The notes: generated by a model from the sequence alone, not told the origin. 64,000 nucleotides of DNA from Octopus vulgaris (GCA_951406725.2 OX597815.1:107260001-107324000); one strand, 5' to 3'; shown: positions 40,765-55,035, numbered from the stretch's first letter. Program-made: numbers and translations.

Positions 40765-43189
40765 ATCATCATCATCATCATCATCATCGTTTAACGTCCG
40801 CTTTCCGCGCTAGCACGGGTTGGACGGTTCGACCGGGTCTGGGAAGCCAGGGGCCGCTCCAGGCTCCAGTCTGAATCTGGCAGAGTTTCTACGGCTGGAT
40901 GCCCTTCCTAACGCCAACCACTCCGTGAGTGGATTGGGTGCTTTTTACGTGCCACCTGCACAGGGGCCGGAGGGTCCGGCATCGTCACGATCGGTTCGAG
41001 CATTTTAACGTGTCAGCGGCACGGGGGCAACGAGGTCCGGGGTACTTTGGGGATCGGGGTACTTTGGGGATCCAGGGTACTTTGGGGATCCGGGGTACTT
41101 AGAATGGGTAGGGGGTATGTGGAATTGCTGCAGAAAGCAGCCCGGGTCTTTGTAGTCACAGCATATCTCCAGAGATCTCGGTCCTTCGCCATTGCCTCAG
41201 TGAGGCCCAATGCTCTGAGGTCATGCTTGACCACCTCATCCCATGTCTTCCTGGGTCTACCTCTCCCCCTGATACCTTCAACTGTTTGGGAGTGGCACTT
41301 CTTCACACATCTCTCTTCATCCATCCGCAGCACATGACCATACCATCGCAAGCGTCGCTCTTGCACACCACATCTGATGCTTCTTATATCCAGCATTTCT
41401 CTCAGGATACTTACACTCTGTTTTGCGTGCACACTGACACTACACATCCAGCGGATCATGCTAGCTTCATTTCTTTCAAGTCTACGCATGTCTTCTGCAG
41501 TCACAGCCCATGTTTCATTACCGTGAAGCATGGCAGTTCGCACACATGCATCATACAATCTACCTTTTGCTCTGAGGGAGAGACCTTTTGTTGCCAGTAG
41601 GGGTAGGAGCTTTCTGAACTTTGCCCAGGCTATTCGTATTCTAGTGGTGATACTCTCTGTGCATCCACCTCCGCTACTAACTTGGTCTCCCAGGTAGCGG
41701 AAACTATCAACTACTTCTAGTTTCTCTCCCTGGAGTGTGATGGAATCTGTTTTCTGAGTGTCTGTTGTGTCTATTGTCCCTGTGCATCTGCCGCACATGA
41801 AAGCTATCTTATCTGTTAATTTCCCTTTAATGTTGCTGCACCTCTTATGTGTCCATAACTTACATTGGGTGCATCTTATGGAGTTTCTACCTGTACCTTT
41901 CCTACAGGTTGAGCAGGGCCACCTACCCGAGGGGATGTGTGCTGAGTACCTCTTGCTGCTTACTAATACTTTGGTCTTTGCTACATTTATTCTAAGGCCC
42001 TTTGATTCCAACCCTTGCTTCCACACCCGAAATTTCTCTTCTAGTTCCGGTAGTGATTCTGCTATGAGAGCTAGGTCATCGGCATAGAGGAGCTCCCAGG
42101 GGCATCCCGTTTTGAATTCTTCTGTTATTGCCTGAAGGACTATGATGAATAAAAGGGGACTGAGGGCTGAGCCCTGGTGCACACCTACTTCTACCCGGAA
42201 TTCTTCACTATATTCGTTGCCAATCCTAACCTTGCTGACAGCCTCTCTGTATAGAGCCTGTACAGCCCTTATTAGCCATCTTCAATCTCCAGTTTCCGCA
42301 TCGACCACCAGATAAGGGAACGGGGAACCCTGTCAAAGGCTTTCTCCAAGTCTACAAAAGCTATGTAGAGGGGTTTATCTTTAGCTAGGTACTTCTCCTG
42401 CAGTTGTCGGACCAGGAATATAGCATCAGTGGTGCTTCTACCTGGTACAAAACCGAACTGCATTTCATCTAAACAAATTCTCTCCCTAATGAGATTGGTT
42501 ATGACCTTCTCTGAGACCTTCATCACCTGGTCCAACAGTTTGATACCTCTGTAGTTATTTCTATCTAGAGCATCACCCTTACCCTTGTAGCAGTTGACTA
42601 TGGTGCTGCTGCACCAGTCATTGGGTATGACTCCATTGTGAACTACCTGGTTTACAATGCGGGTGACTATGGCATAGCCCACATAGCCAGCTGTTTTAAG
42701 CATCTCAGCAGTGATTCCTGATAGGCCAGGGGCTTTGCCTGGTTTCATATCCTTAATTGCCTTATCTACAAGGGAGCTGTCTATTCGGGTAGCTGGTCCC
42801 TCTACTGGGTCAACATTTGGCAGGCTCTCCTCCTCCCATTCATTCTCCTCATTCAGTAGTCTTTCATAATGGCTTCTCCAAGCCTCTTTCTTTTCACTAG
42901 TAGTAAAAGCAAGTGCCCCATCATCCATGCGGACACATTTCTCTCCTATAACATCGCTATTTTCTCTGACACACTGTCTGGCAATCTGAAATACTTCAGC
43001 TCTTTGATCCTCGCGACGCTGGACATTGGCAAACTTCTTCTTTTCTGCTACATCTTTGGCAATGTATACCTGCCACCCAGCCTCCCTTTTGGCTATCTGG
43101 TACAGTTCCCTGCTGCCCCCATCCTTCCAGGCTTTCCAGGCCCGTCTCTTTTCACAGATGGCTTTATCTACTGCACTATTCCACCACCA
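40765..43189 (-). mobile_element. Young 5'-truncated RTE-clade LINE inserted in (TA)n
   Basis: RT-bearing ORF, 3' UTR and (GAT)n tail at 40765-40788; (TA)n on both flanks. Confidence 0.95.
41013..43189 (-). pseudogene. RTE ORF remnant (RT plus PHD finger), single 1-nt frameshift near 42280, endonuclease missing
   Basis: ORFs 42272-43243 and 41013-42182 join with one added base; motifs GKAPG, NYRGIKLL, QFGF, FVDLEKAFD, HQGSALSP, YADD, FRYLG, RLRWYGHV, GRPRKTW. Confidence 0.93.
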
Positions 43190-43193
43190 TATA

Positions 43194-43242
<49 letters not shown>

Positions 43243-43249
43243 ATATATG

Positions 43250-43600
43250 AAAGCAATTGGCTCAGTGGTTAGAGAGTTGAGCTTACGATCATGAGGTTGT
43301 GAGTTCAATTTCCAGACCGGGCTGCGTGTGGTGTTCCTGTGCAAGACACTTTATTTCATGTTGCTCCAGTTCACTCAGCTGTAGAAATGAGTTGCGACGT
43401 TACTGGTGCCAAGCTGTATTGGCCTTTGCTTTTCCCTTGGATAATGTCAGTGGCATGGAGAGGGGAGGCTGGTATGCATGGGCGACTGCTGGTCTTCCAT
43501 AAAAACAACCCTAGGTTATGTGTTCACCGGTGAGGCGATTTTCCACCTAGACTTGTACCCTGGAGGGGAACCTCATAGGTGCACCCAATGGAGTAGAGTT
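43250..43600 (+). mobile_element. tRNA-derived SINE family G
   Basis: A-box TGGCTCAGTGG, B-box-like GAGTTCAATTTCC, CORE-like GCAAGACACTTTA; diverged relatives near 4160-4420 and 10830-11030. Confidence 0.75.
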
Positions 43601-44276
43601 ATATATATATATATATATACATAAATGTGTGTGTGTGTGTGAGTTTGTTCCCCCTCCCCACTGCTTGATAACCAGTGTTGGTATGTTTACATCCCTGTAA
43701 CTGAGTGGTTTGGCAAAAGAAATCAATAAAAATAAGTACCAGGCTTTAAAAAAAGGTCAGAAGTCGATTTATTCAACTAAAAAGTCCTTCAAGGCAGTGC
43801 CCCAGCATGGCCACAGTCAAATGACTGAAGCAAGTAAAAGATGAAAAATAAAAGATACATCTATCTCTATCTGTCTATAATTTGCTTGCATTTGTGATTC
43901 TGTCCTTGAAAAGTAAGGACTAACAATTTCAGCTGAACTTTTGTTGGCCACACACCTATGACGTCAGGCACATACAACTTATGAATAAGGTTATTAAATA
44001 AGTTATGGGTATCTTGAAACAGCTGTTGAAATGGAACTTACAAAATATTTTTCTTTATTTTATAATCTGTATTTTGTGTCTCAAGCCTAAGTGTGCTTAT
44101 CTACCTTATCTATATCTATACATACACATATGTGTTTATCTACTTTCCTATATCTATACATACACATATGTATAAATGTACACACACATTTATATGTATA
44201 TATGTATGTATGTGTATATATATATATATATGATATATATATATATAATATATAAATATATATATATAGTATATAT

Positions 44277-44319
<43 letters not shown>

Positions 44320-44358
44320 TATATATAAAATTCGGTAAACAGGATAATTCATTCACCT

Positions 44359-44390
<32 letters not shown>

Positions 44391-45129
44391 TACATACACA
44401 TATGCACACACACATTCATAGCTCCTTTTAGTTACATATTCTAATGGTGAAGCTCACTAAGAAGTTATTTTAAATTACATTATTAATATCCAGGTAAATA
44501 TACTTTTTAAATGAAGTCATAATCCAAATGCTATCTATTATATCCCTGTAAATATCTATGCAAGAACCTACACAATTTACAATCTAAACAGCTGGACCCT
44601 AGGTCAAATTTTTAATTAAAATAACTGCACTGAAATATATCATTTTGTCTCACAGCATTTAATGTAAATTTATATTCACATACGAAGAAAGGCAGTTGCA
44701 TATTTGTCTTGTTATAGGTGACTCATCATTTTATTACATTTTATCTTATTGCATATACGCTTATATACACACATACACTCACACAAATACACTAACATAC
44801 ACACACATGCATGCATGCACACACACACACTTGCACATATTTATGTTTCTGTATGTAAATTTTTCTGTTTAGATTTATCATATGTAAATTAATATGAAGT
44901 AGTTATGTCTAAATAAGTATAAAGGTAACATTTACCCTTACAGCACATTTAATAAGATTTAACTACATGAGACTCAACTCTATTATATATATCACATACA
45001 CTTAACTCAAACCAAAAAATTAGTTTATTAAAACATCACCATCATCATCATTATGATAATACTCACTTTTCTATGCTTGCATAGGTCAAATGGAATTTGT
45101 TGGGGTAAAGAATTTATCATGAACAGCAG

Positions 45130-45650
45130 ATAGCTAGAATTCCAAAGGTTGCTACAAGAGCTAAGCCACACCATCATAGAAGATCTCTCCTGGTGAACAT
45201 GCATCCTCAGTTATAACCAAAACTGCATTACAAAGTTTTGTTGTTTTCTTTTTCAAAGGCAGAAAATACTTCATACACTAACAACTACTGACTCTCTATA
45301 TAGCTCACATAAGATATGCAATGGAGTACTGCTGCAACATTTGGGTTATTCTAGGCTGCATCCAGTTTACTCATTGACATGAAGTTGCATATTAACATGA
45401 TTCAGCCTTGGTCCACTGACATGCTGTTTCTTCAATTACTCTTCTTTACTTTCACTATTTTGGACTCTACTCTTCAGAATTGACAGGTATCCCCCCCTCA
45501 TCTTATCAGTTACACCCCAAGCTCAGTACAAAGCTTCATGGCCAATCCTTCTTTCCTGGAGCATCACCTTTTTTTGAATTCCATCACTGCATTGGTCTTT
45601 TCTGGATCTTTATTGGATGACATATAATGGCCATCCAAGAGACATGTAAA
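45130..45650 (+). pseudogene. Degenerate CR1/L2/Jockey-group LINE 3' fragment
   Basis: FKGRKYF..QLLTLYIAHIRYAMEYCCNIW motif. Confidence 0.55.
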
Positions 45651-45989
45651 CAATACGGATGGCATTTAAAGAAAATGGGCAGAGCCCTTTGCTCCAGGCC
45701 AATCAAATAAAAAATAAATAATCAGAATTACATTAGTTTTGTACCATTTAGTTTATATCAGTTATACATAATTTAGTAGCAAAAACCAATTTCAGGGATA
45801 TTATTTCTTAAAGTAGTGTAGCATCAGAATAGATAATAGACTAGACCAGTCAATTTCTTTATTAACCATGAGGTTGAGAAAAAGAGGAGACAATATGAGG
45901 ACAGACAAAACAAACATTGGGGTCAGGGTATCGAGTATGAATAAGCAAACAATTAAAATATATACAATTAAATGAGAATGAGTGATTTA

Positions 45990-46830
45990 CAAAAAATGAA
46001 GCGGAGGATGCAGTCGACCCCACAAACCACATACTCACACTGAAGACTTTGCTTTCTCCTTTTTATATTCTCGTTTAAACAGGTTCTTTCACTCGCAACA
46101 TACTTGTTATAGACTTCCATCTTTTACGAAACACACTTTGCAACAGGCATTTCTTCCCCAGCCTTATACTCCATTTCATGTGGAAAAAGAAAAAGTTGAT
46201 TAGCTCAAGACTGGAGATGAACATGCCTGTTGCAATTACTTTCACTCTCATCTTCCATACTACCTCTTTCACAACAGCAACCATTGAGAGATAACAGGCT
46301 TGCTCCTCCTTATTCAGGGAGGTCGGCGGAATGATCTTAATTACAGATTCGCTCGACAGTTGTACTCTTCTTGAATGCAACAGCTGGTGTTTGACATAAG
46401 CTCAGAGCTCAGTCACCTTGGGGCATTGCACAATCGCCTGCAGGACAGTTTCACTGTCCCTCTCACATCTTGCACAAACTGGCGAAGGTGCACACCCATC
46501 TCTAAAGAGCTTATCTTGAACTGGTAAAGCTCCTCTGTAACATTGCCAGGCCAGGGACATCTGGTAATTATCCATAGACCCTGGCCCAAATGCTCTTTGG
46601 AACAGGTTGGCCAGTTGATCTTCATCAAAGCCTAGGGTTTCTCCCAGGACGTCATTACACTTAAACTCTACTAACCCTCTATAAAAGAATGAGGTTGTAC
46701 CCCTGCCACCGGTGTTGCCCGACTGGGAGAGAAGCACGAGTGCCTGATGGCACTCTGCATCCCACATGCTTCACTTCGGTCTACACTTGATCTTATGGGT
46801 TCAGTTTGGCACAGGTAGCCAAAAAACACA
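45990..46830 (-). pseudogene. L1/Tx1-clade LINE 3' fragment with zf-RVT-type Cys motif
   Basis: SLAWQCYRGALPVQDKL..CARCERDSETVLQAIVQCPKVTEL, then AVVKEVVWKMR. Confidence 0.8.
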
Positions 46831-49356
46831 CAAACACACACTGGAAAAAGCACACACAGACACCTACCACAAGCATACACACCTACAAACCCCCACGCAT
46901 CTACAAGCACACACACACCCACAAGCACACATACACACCCCTCCACAATCGTCTAATAAAAAAAAGAGAAACAATTTCACAGTGATAAACAAAATAACAA
47001 ACTCTTAAGAGACCAAATTGTTTTAACGAAGTCAGCGAAAAAATATATCGCAATAGATTTAAATAGTACAATTCTTGCAGACTAGACCTGTCATGAGCAA
47101 TCTGAAGCCCATGGAACTTTCTGAATGGCACACTAACAAAATATTACCTTGAAGTATTTTTAGTTGTGTGGCTCACTTGATGTTGAGCCAGGTCTCAGGA
47201 GGCTTGTTTCTCGAAAATGGTTCCTATACCTGGACTAGATTCATGGTTTACAAATTCATATTGTTCACTATGTAGTGCATTGCAAAGATAGCCAAGATGT
47301 TTACATCTTTCTTCTGAGTCTTTTTTTCCCTTAAAAATACTAATTTAGACCATTTTTGATTATTTTCATTTCCCCTGGCAGAGTTACTGTTTATGAATAA
47401 ATTGAAATATAAATATGTCAGTAGTGTGACTAAGCTTCAGAATTATGTTATCAAATAATTCTAATCTTATCCTTTATTACTTAGGCTTCTTCTATTCTAT
47501 TGTAAAGTTCAAGAATTCAAATAAGTTTGTATGCCTTAAGGAAAAGAGAATCTTGATGTTTCAAAATTGAAATAGATAGATAGGTAGTTAGTGACAAACA
47601 GACAGACAGATAGATAGATAAATAAACAGATAAATAGACAGACAGACGGTTGGATAGATAGATAAATAAATAGATAGATTAATAGATAGATAGATTGATA
47701 GAAAGATAGACTGACAAACACACAGAGACTTAGTCCAAAAACATATTTCTATCTTTCAGATGAAAGGTCAATATCGAAACATCAGTATTTTTCCCCTTGG
47801 CATACAAAATAATAAAACTCATAATCTTCATAACATCATTACCTCTCTCACCACAAGAACAATCATTAGTTTATTCTAGTTATTATTTGTTTTTCCAGCT
47901 GGAGATTTGACGTTTAAGGCTGAAAGTTGAAACTACTTTAGCTTCAGAATTATATAGTCCTGAAATAAGCTCCTTATATATTTCTTGAATAAGTTCCTAA
48001 AGGATAATAGTAGAAGTACACTTATTGATCAGTTGTAAGTTTGAATTTGACAAAATTCACCAGAATTCTAAACTTTCTTTTAACTTACACTTCCTTTTCT
48101 CTGACAATCCAATTAAACTGATTTGAAGATAATCATTAGGAAAGATGGTGAAGACAAGCAAATTAGTTCAGAGTTAAAATAAAATGCTGCACCATTAATT
48201 GAATTTCTCATTCTTCAGCCTATAAATTTAAGGAAGAGAAAATGTCAAAATTTTCAGACATTAATAGACATTAACCTCAAGTTTATTGGATTCATAGAAA
48301 CTCATTGCACCTTTATGGCTGGCCTGGTCTTCTTTTGAGACCAGATATTAGTAGTTTCATTTAACAGCTATATATGATTCAATCTGCAGTTTAGAGACTG
48401 CAATGGGGTTTCATCTTCATCAATTTATTTATTCTTTAATGAGTTCAGTTAGTTAACTAGTTGTTAATTAGCAACTTGATTAATAGTGGTAACTTTGCAA
48501 CTTCCTAGTTAAAAGGTGTTAGTTACTTTGGCAATATTTATTATTTTACTACTTCTTATTGAGATCTTCGGCTGAAATCCTTCCTTCAAAGGTATTATAC
48601 GATAACTATTCACAAAGTGTAACACTAATTGACTTAGTGAACCAAACAAAAAATAAGTTCCATTCTAGCTTTCATTTGGTGGTTAGTAGAAAAAGGAAAA
48701 GGAATGCAGGGATAAAAGAAATTTCTCTAATAATTTATATCAATTTTGGCCTGTGTAAAAACCATCCAATTGATGTTGACATTGAAAAATATATGTAAAA
48801 GGAAAGCAAAGAAAACTAAAAGAAAAGTAACAACAACAAAAAAACAAAAACAAATATCAACAAACAAATAATCAAAACTTCATTCATATCGCATCAGAGA
48901 ATAATGATTTCAAAACAGCATTCAGAAAAATATTGTATAGTCACCACAACTTGCTATTGAGGTCAATAGTTAATGGAAGTTCAGACACAGACTGAAAGTC
49001 ATTCATATCTTGAGATCAATAAAAACATTGATGTAAAGACTCCAAGGTCTTGATCTTAGTTTCAAAAACTAGTTCATTTACTATCTTCTATGATATATAT
49101 TTTTATTAGTTCAGCATTTCTCTTTTTATTAAAGGGTAAATAGATTACTATCTTAACTTCTTAACTAACCATTTTATTTAACCCAGTGTTCACCTATAGA
49201 TTTCTTCGAATCTTTTTCTAAGTAAACATCATGGACAAAAACATGTATCTATCCACACCATTCTACAAAACTTAGTTCTGATATTATCAAGCCTTATACA
49301 GGTTAAGATTGACATTCTCTATATCCTTATAGTGTACCTATATTTTCTTCTAAATT

Positions 49357-49577
49357 AAGGCAGTGAGCTAGTAGAATCATTAGCACTCTGGGCGAAATGC
49401 TTAGTGGCATCTCACCTGTTTTTATGTTCTGTGTTCAAATTAGGCTAAGTTTGATTTTTACCTTTCATCCTTTTGGGGTTGATGAAATAAGTACCAGTTG
49501 AGCACTGTGGTTGATGTAATCGACTATCCTGCCCTCCCTGAAATTGCTGGCCTAGTGCCAAAATTTGAAACCAATAT
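49357..49577 (+). mobile_element. SINE family C, full-length
   Basis: Colinear with 1670-1880. Confidence 0.85.
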
Positions 49578-51056
49578 ATTCTACATTACAACCATTCAAC
49601 CATACTGAACCCACATTTTAGCTCACAAGTTTGCTTTGCAACTATCAGGTCTCATGTTCAAATCCAACTACATGCCATCATAGGTAAATATTTTTGTTTT
49701 TTTATAACCTGGAGTTGACCATTATCTTATAAGTAAAATGGAGTAGATGGAAGCCTATTGAAGCCTATTGTACGAGTAATTCAGAAAAGTACAAAAACCC
49801 TAACCTAACACTTATATAAGTAAGTTATACATTAATTCAGGAGCTGGTAAATAATTCAGCTTATCAAACAATTGAATCCTCATTGTTAAATGATAGCAAT
49901 CCTCTATTGCCACCACCTTAGCTACTGTGTGTTCTAATTGAGTACATTTATAACTGGGAGATAGCCAATGGTTAGCCAACAGATCAATTGTCTCATATAT
50001 AGGACAATATTTCAGTATCTACTTCTGAAAATGTTACTTGTATTTACATTATCAGTTTATCAGTTTCCTATTTTCATGGGATGTGAATGATAGAAATGGA
50101 ACTGGATAACATACCTTGTTGTATTTAGTGTATCTATTTTTGCATACATAGATCGTTTCTTGTTGAAAATAACTTAACTTTTTATTCACTAAAAATAAGT
50201 ACTGGAATAAATTTTACCAACTTTTCCCACCCAAAATGTTTTTAGCCTTGTTTCAATGTTTTAAATCTTTATTTTTGTCAAATCTAAAAGTGCAACCAAT
50301 AAAAGCTAGAAAGTGGTTCCAGAATGGTCAAAGCCTACAGACCATTCTTACCTCCATCTTACTCAAAGAAAATTTTCACAATCCTTGGGTACAATGTCAT
50401 TTTATAAATACATCTTTTCAAGTTTTATGATAGCCCTACTATTTTCAAGACTAATTTATGTTTCATGGGAATACAAATTTAATATTTCATACTGGTACAG
50501 GGTGGAGTAGATAATTCTGAAACTGAATTGTTTATTATAAACTAGGAGCAAGCGTTTGCTGGATATCCTTCCCAGTGTTAACCAATAAACTGACAAGTGA
50601 CTATTGGATACTATTGTGGGAATTTGGTTCTGACAGGAAGTCAGAATCACTATTCTCTTCTAAAAGTAAATGTGAAATCCAGTTGACAATGTTGTGCATT
50701 AAATAGTCTTTGCATTTTTTGTCACACTTGTTGTTGTTAGACCGTGGTCAGCTCTAATTGAGTAGAACTATTATCCAAAGCATTTCAGTTATAGTCATGC
50801 TGTCTTTTCTTCCTTTGAGGAATCATATATCTAAGATTATATTATCCAATGTAGTCTTTCAGATAATCATTTTTAAGATGGTATGAGATGATTTGAGGTA
50901 AATGTGGATGCTATTTCTAATAATGACCACAAAGAGGCTTTCTAGTTTATTGATATTGTTGTTATTGCTGTTGCACTTGTGTTATTTTTTCTTTTGTAGA
51001 GTTCAGCTTAATAAAAGATTAATGTCCAGAATATTTGTATTATTGGCGTCTGTAAA

Positions 51057-51475
51057 GGCACAAGAATGGCTGTGTGATTAAGAAATTTGCTAATCAACCC
51101 TGTAGTTTCAGGTTCAGTTTGACCAAGTGGCACCTTGAGCAAGTGTCCCCTACTATAGCCCTGGGCTGACCAAAAGCTTGTGACTGGATTTGGTTGATGG
51201 AAACTGAAAGGAACCCATTATGTGTGTGTGTGTACATGTGTGGGTGTGAGTATGTATGTTTGTGCCTCCTTGTTTTGACATTGTGTGATTATTGTAAATG
51301 AATGTCATTCATTTCCAATATTCTGTGAAAACATATCTGGCCATGGAGAAATAATACCTTGTTTGGAAAATGGTTAGGGTTGGTGACTTGTAGAAAATCT
51401 GTCTCTATAAACTCCATTCAATTCCTGCAAGCATGGAAAAGTAGAAGTTAAAATGATGATGATGATGATGATTTA
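51057..51475 (+). mobile_element. SINE family A' with RTE-like tail
   Basis: Family A head, (TG)n, tail ending GCAAGCATGGAAAAG..(GAT)n. Confidence 0.8.
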
Positions 51476-53152
51476 GCATGATGACAAATAAAAAACAAAA
51501 CAACTAACAATGATGGAAATATAATAGGGAAGCAACAAAAAATATTATTCTAGCTTAAAAGTCAAGTTATATTTAACTCATTGGTTAAAACAAAGACTTT
51601 GACTGTAGTGAGAGATTGTCCTGTGTTTGACTCAAAAAATCAGGAACTTGTATTATTGTATGTCTTAATGACAGGAAGGGCATCTAGCTGTAAAACAATT
51701 TCTCAATAATATATTCATCTACTCCAAGAGGACATGGGAAAATGGACATAAAACAAAAGAGACAGTTATGATGTATGTCCACTTAGTGTTCTATCTATTT
51801 ATTTATTGCAATTTCTTTCTGTTACTGTTACTTCTACTCTTAAATTATACAGTCTAATGCAAAATATGTCTCCCTGTTTGCAATTGAGGGGTAGAAGAAG
51901 AAAAGATAATCAAACATTTTGTATGAATTACTTTGTATCACTTTAAAAGATTCCAACATTTAAATAAACATTCAACTCACAGTAGCACTAAAAACAGCTG
52001 ATCTAACAAAATATATAAAAAAATAAACAAAATAATATAAATAAAAGACAACATGCATATACAATAATAGCCTTATATTATGTCCTTAGAAAGAGGAACT
52101 ATTCAACAAAATTTAAAGCAAAGTAAATTTTCCCTTTAAATATCAAGTTGTCATTGTATCCTTTAGTGATGATGTTTTTACTTGAGTGAACACAACAACT
52201 GCTTCAACGTATCTTCAAGTAGTAGGTATCCTTTACAATAAACAGTAGATATTGCATTCTATGTCTTCTGTGTCAGTGCACTTGATGAATTGGAGCTGTT
52301 TAAGTATAGGTGAAATGTCTTCATAATTACTGTGCACTTCTTAGTACTACAGAGTTTCTATTATATAATACTGTATTAAATTTCTATACACTATTTTCTT
52401 CATACACTGACCGAGCTTACTTTATTATGACTGATGAACCTTTTAAACACTGAAAAATACTAGAATTGTAGGATGTTAGTCCCTTGTGTATTATTCGATA
52501 TTTTAAAGCTTTGCCTTTTTATAGAGTTTCTTTAAGAATCAAAATGAAATCCATATCACCAGAAATATTAAAAATATGCTGTTACAAGATTTACCAGCTA
52601 TTTATAGTGATAATGTCAGGAGTGCGATACCTACAGACTTGGGTTTAATCACATTTTCAGTTGTTCAAGCATGTAGAAACACAAACACTTAAAGCATTAC
52701 TTCGATCAAAGTCTACTTGAGATCTCATAATAGTACACTACTTATTCAACACTGAATACCTGCGAAAATTTTATATTTTCAATGCTACTGAGTTGAGAAG
52801 GATTCCACTACAGATTACTTGCTTGCTACAAGCCATGTCACCACGAAACTACTTATCTTCATTTCTTTTGTGAAAGTCACTCTAAAACTTCTTTGCTTTT
52901 TTACTACCCATTATGTTGGATCATAATGAATCAACATGTGGAGCCTTTATAATCAGAAGATTCACATTTGATGTCTAATAACTTTTGATAATTGAATAAC
53001 AAAATTAGAAAATCGTTGAGTTCACTTCATCCTATAATGAATTATACAGAAATCCACAAACTTATTCTAGATTGTAGAAATGGTTGCCAAATATTGATTC
53101 AGATTTTGAATCTCAAGCCGTAAAAATGTTTTCAAATTTATTCTTTATTTCC

Positions 53153-53195
53153 AATAATAATAATAATGATAATAATAATAATAATAATGATGATG

Positions 53196-53275
<80 letters not shown>

Positions 53276-53284
53276 AATAATAAT
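53153..53284. repeat. (AAT)n microsatellite
   Basis: About 43 units with GAT variants. Confidence 0.95.
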
Positions 53285-54136
53285 GGCTTAAAATCAGAGA
53301 CAGAAGGGTTTATCATAGCAGTCCAAGATCAATGCCTACCTACCAGGTCAACATATTAAAGAACAGCAGTAGCCCAACAAAATGAAACCATTGATCATGT
53401 TGTTTCTATGTGCAGTCTTCTTGTGCCTACAATGTATCTCAACAGACGTGATAGAGCAGAGCAGTATATTCATTGGGTAATTTGCAAAAACCTGGACATG
53501 CCCCATGATAAAAACTGGTGGGAACACAAACCATCTCAATGCTTGAAAATGATCATATCTCACTCCTCTGGAACTTCACTGTTCAAACTGGCAGAAAGAC
53601 AGATGCAATTAGGCCAGATGTAATACTGAAGGATTTCAGACAAAAATCATATGTACTCATCGATTTCAGACAAAAATCATAACTCTTCCAGTCCCAATTG
53701 ACATAAATGTATCTGGCAAGACCTACCAAAAACTGGGCAAGTATAAAGACTTTGAAATAGAAACTGGCAAAATGTAGAACCTCAAGACTAGAACAATACC
53801 TGTCGTCATAGGTACATTGGGAATGATAGCAAAAGGGGCTGATTGCTACCTAGCTCAGATACCAGGAAATCCCAAAATGGAAGAAATTTAAAAAATAGTG
53901 CTCATGGGAACTACCCATATCCTACGTAAAATACTATCTATGTAATCTCAAATTTTAAAACAAACTTATAACTTTCTTATGTTTTCTTAAACATTCTCTA
54001 GAACAATACTTTGTGCAAAACCAAATATATGACACCCTAGTCATAACACCCACTCGAACTTCTAACTTGTTGTCTCGAGGTTTCTGTGTGAGACTTGGAG
54101 TCAACTTGTACAAATACAAAGCAAAAGTCAAACATA
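53285..54136 (+). pseudogene. R4/Dong-like LINE 3' fragment inserted in (AAT)n
   Basis: GLKSETEGFIIAVQDQCLPTR, ETIDHVVS, QYIHWVICK, LWNF, RPDVIL, IPVVIGTLG; followed by (AAT)/(GAT)n. Confidence 0.85.
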
Positions 54137-54141
54137 TAATA

Positions 54142-54191
<50 letters not shown>

Positions 54192-54339
54192 AATAATAAT
54201 AACAATAGCAACAATAATAAGAGTCAAGATTATTGAAAAGGTTGCAAGACGCAACGTAAATTTTAGGAAAATAGAAATAAGAAAAAAGTGGAAATTTTAC
54301 CGGTGAGTGTGCTACACTATAAGGCACAAAAAGAAAATG

Positions 54340-55035
54340 ACTCTTCCCAGACACAACAATAATAATAATATGGAGAGAATGTGTCAGAAAAATGTAGAGC
54401 CTGTGGAACTTGGAATAAGACAGTGGCACACATTGTGGGAGAATGCACCAAGTTGGCACAGGAAGAATGTGAGAAATGGAATCATGACCAGGTTTTAAAA
54501 GTTTTACACTGGAAACTGTGCTAGAAATGGGGATTTGAAGCTGGAAGTTGAAAGAGTACTAGAGTCAGAGAAATGTAAGATTTTGTGGAACTTTCCAATT
54601 CAAATGGACAAGAAATTAGAAAACAATAGACTAGATATTACAATCATAGATAAGGAAAAACATAGTTGCTTACTTATCAACCCATCATGCACATTTGATT
54701 CCAGGATTGTAAAGAAAGAAGAAAAAAAAATGCAATACCCTAAAACTTAAAATAGGAAGAATTTGGAGCATGCAAACAGTAAAGTTTGTGCCTATAATAA
54801 ATAGTGCATTGGGAACAGTAAGCAAAAATATAGACAAATGGCTGAAGGAGATTGGATTAGAATGCTTGGTAGAGTTCCTACAGAAAGTTTGTCTCTTAGG
54901 GACAATAAAGATTATGAGGATGGTCCTAAGCACTTGAAAGACTGCTGAAAACTTATGGATACCTAAGGTTAAAAGAAGTAACCTGCTATCCACATAGTCT
55001 CTACCAAGAATAAGACCGAACCTGAGACAAACCAA

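Noticed and set aside
43975-44030. Hammerhead-like CTTATGA...GAAACAGCTGTT
   Set aside because: Core mutated and no helix I pairing; at most a decayed relic
47750-47790. CAGATGA...CGAAACATC hammerhead-like words
   Set aside because: Neither helix I nor helix II pairs convincingly
49772-49830. TACGAGTAATTCAGAAAAGT mariner-TIR-like start and CCCTAACCTAA telomere-like words
   Set aside because: No partner TIR found and only two imperfect units
51900-53150. Repeat-poor stretch that might be a host exon or 3' UTR
   Set aside because: No sustained ORF or recognisable motif; cannot be supported without expression data
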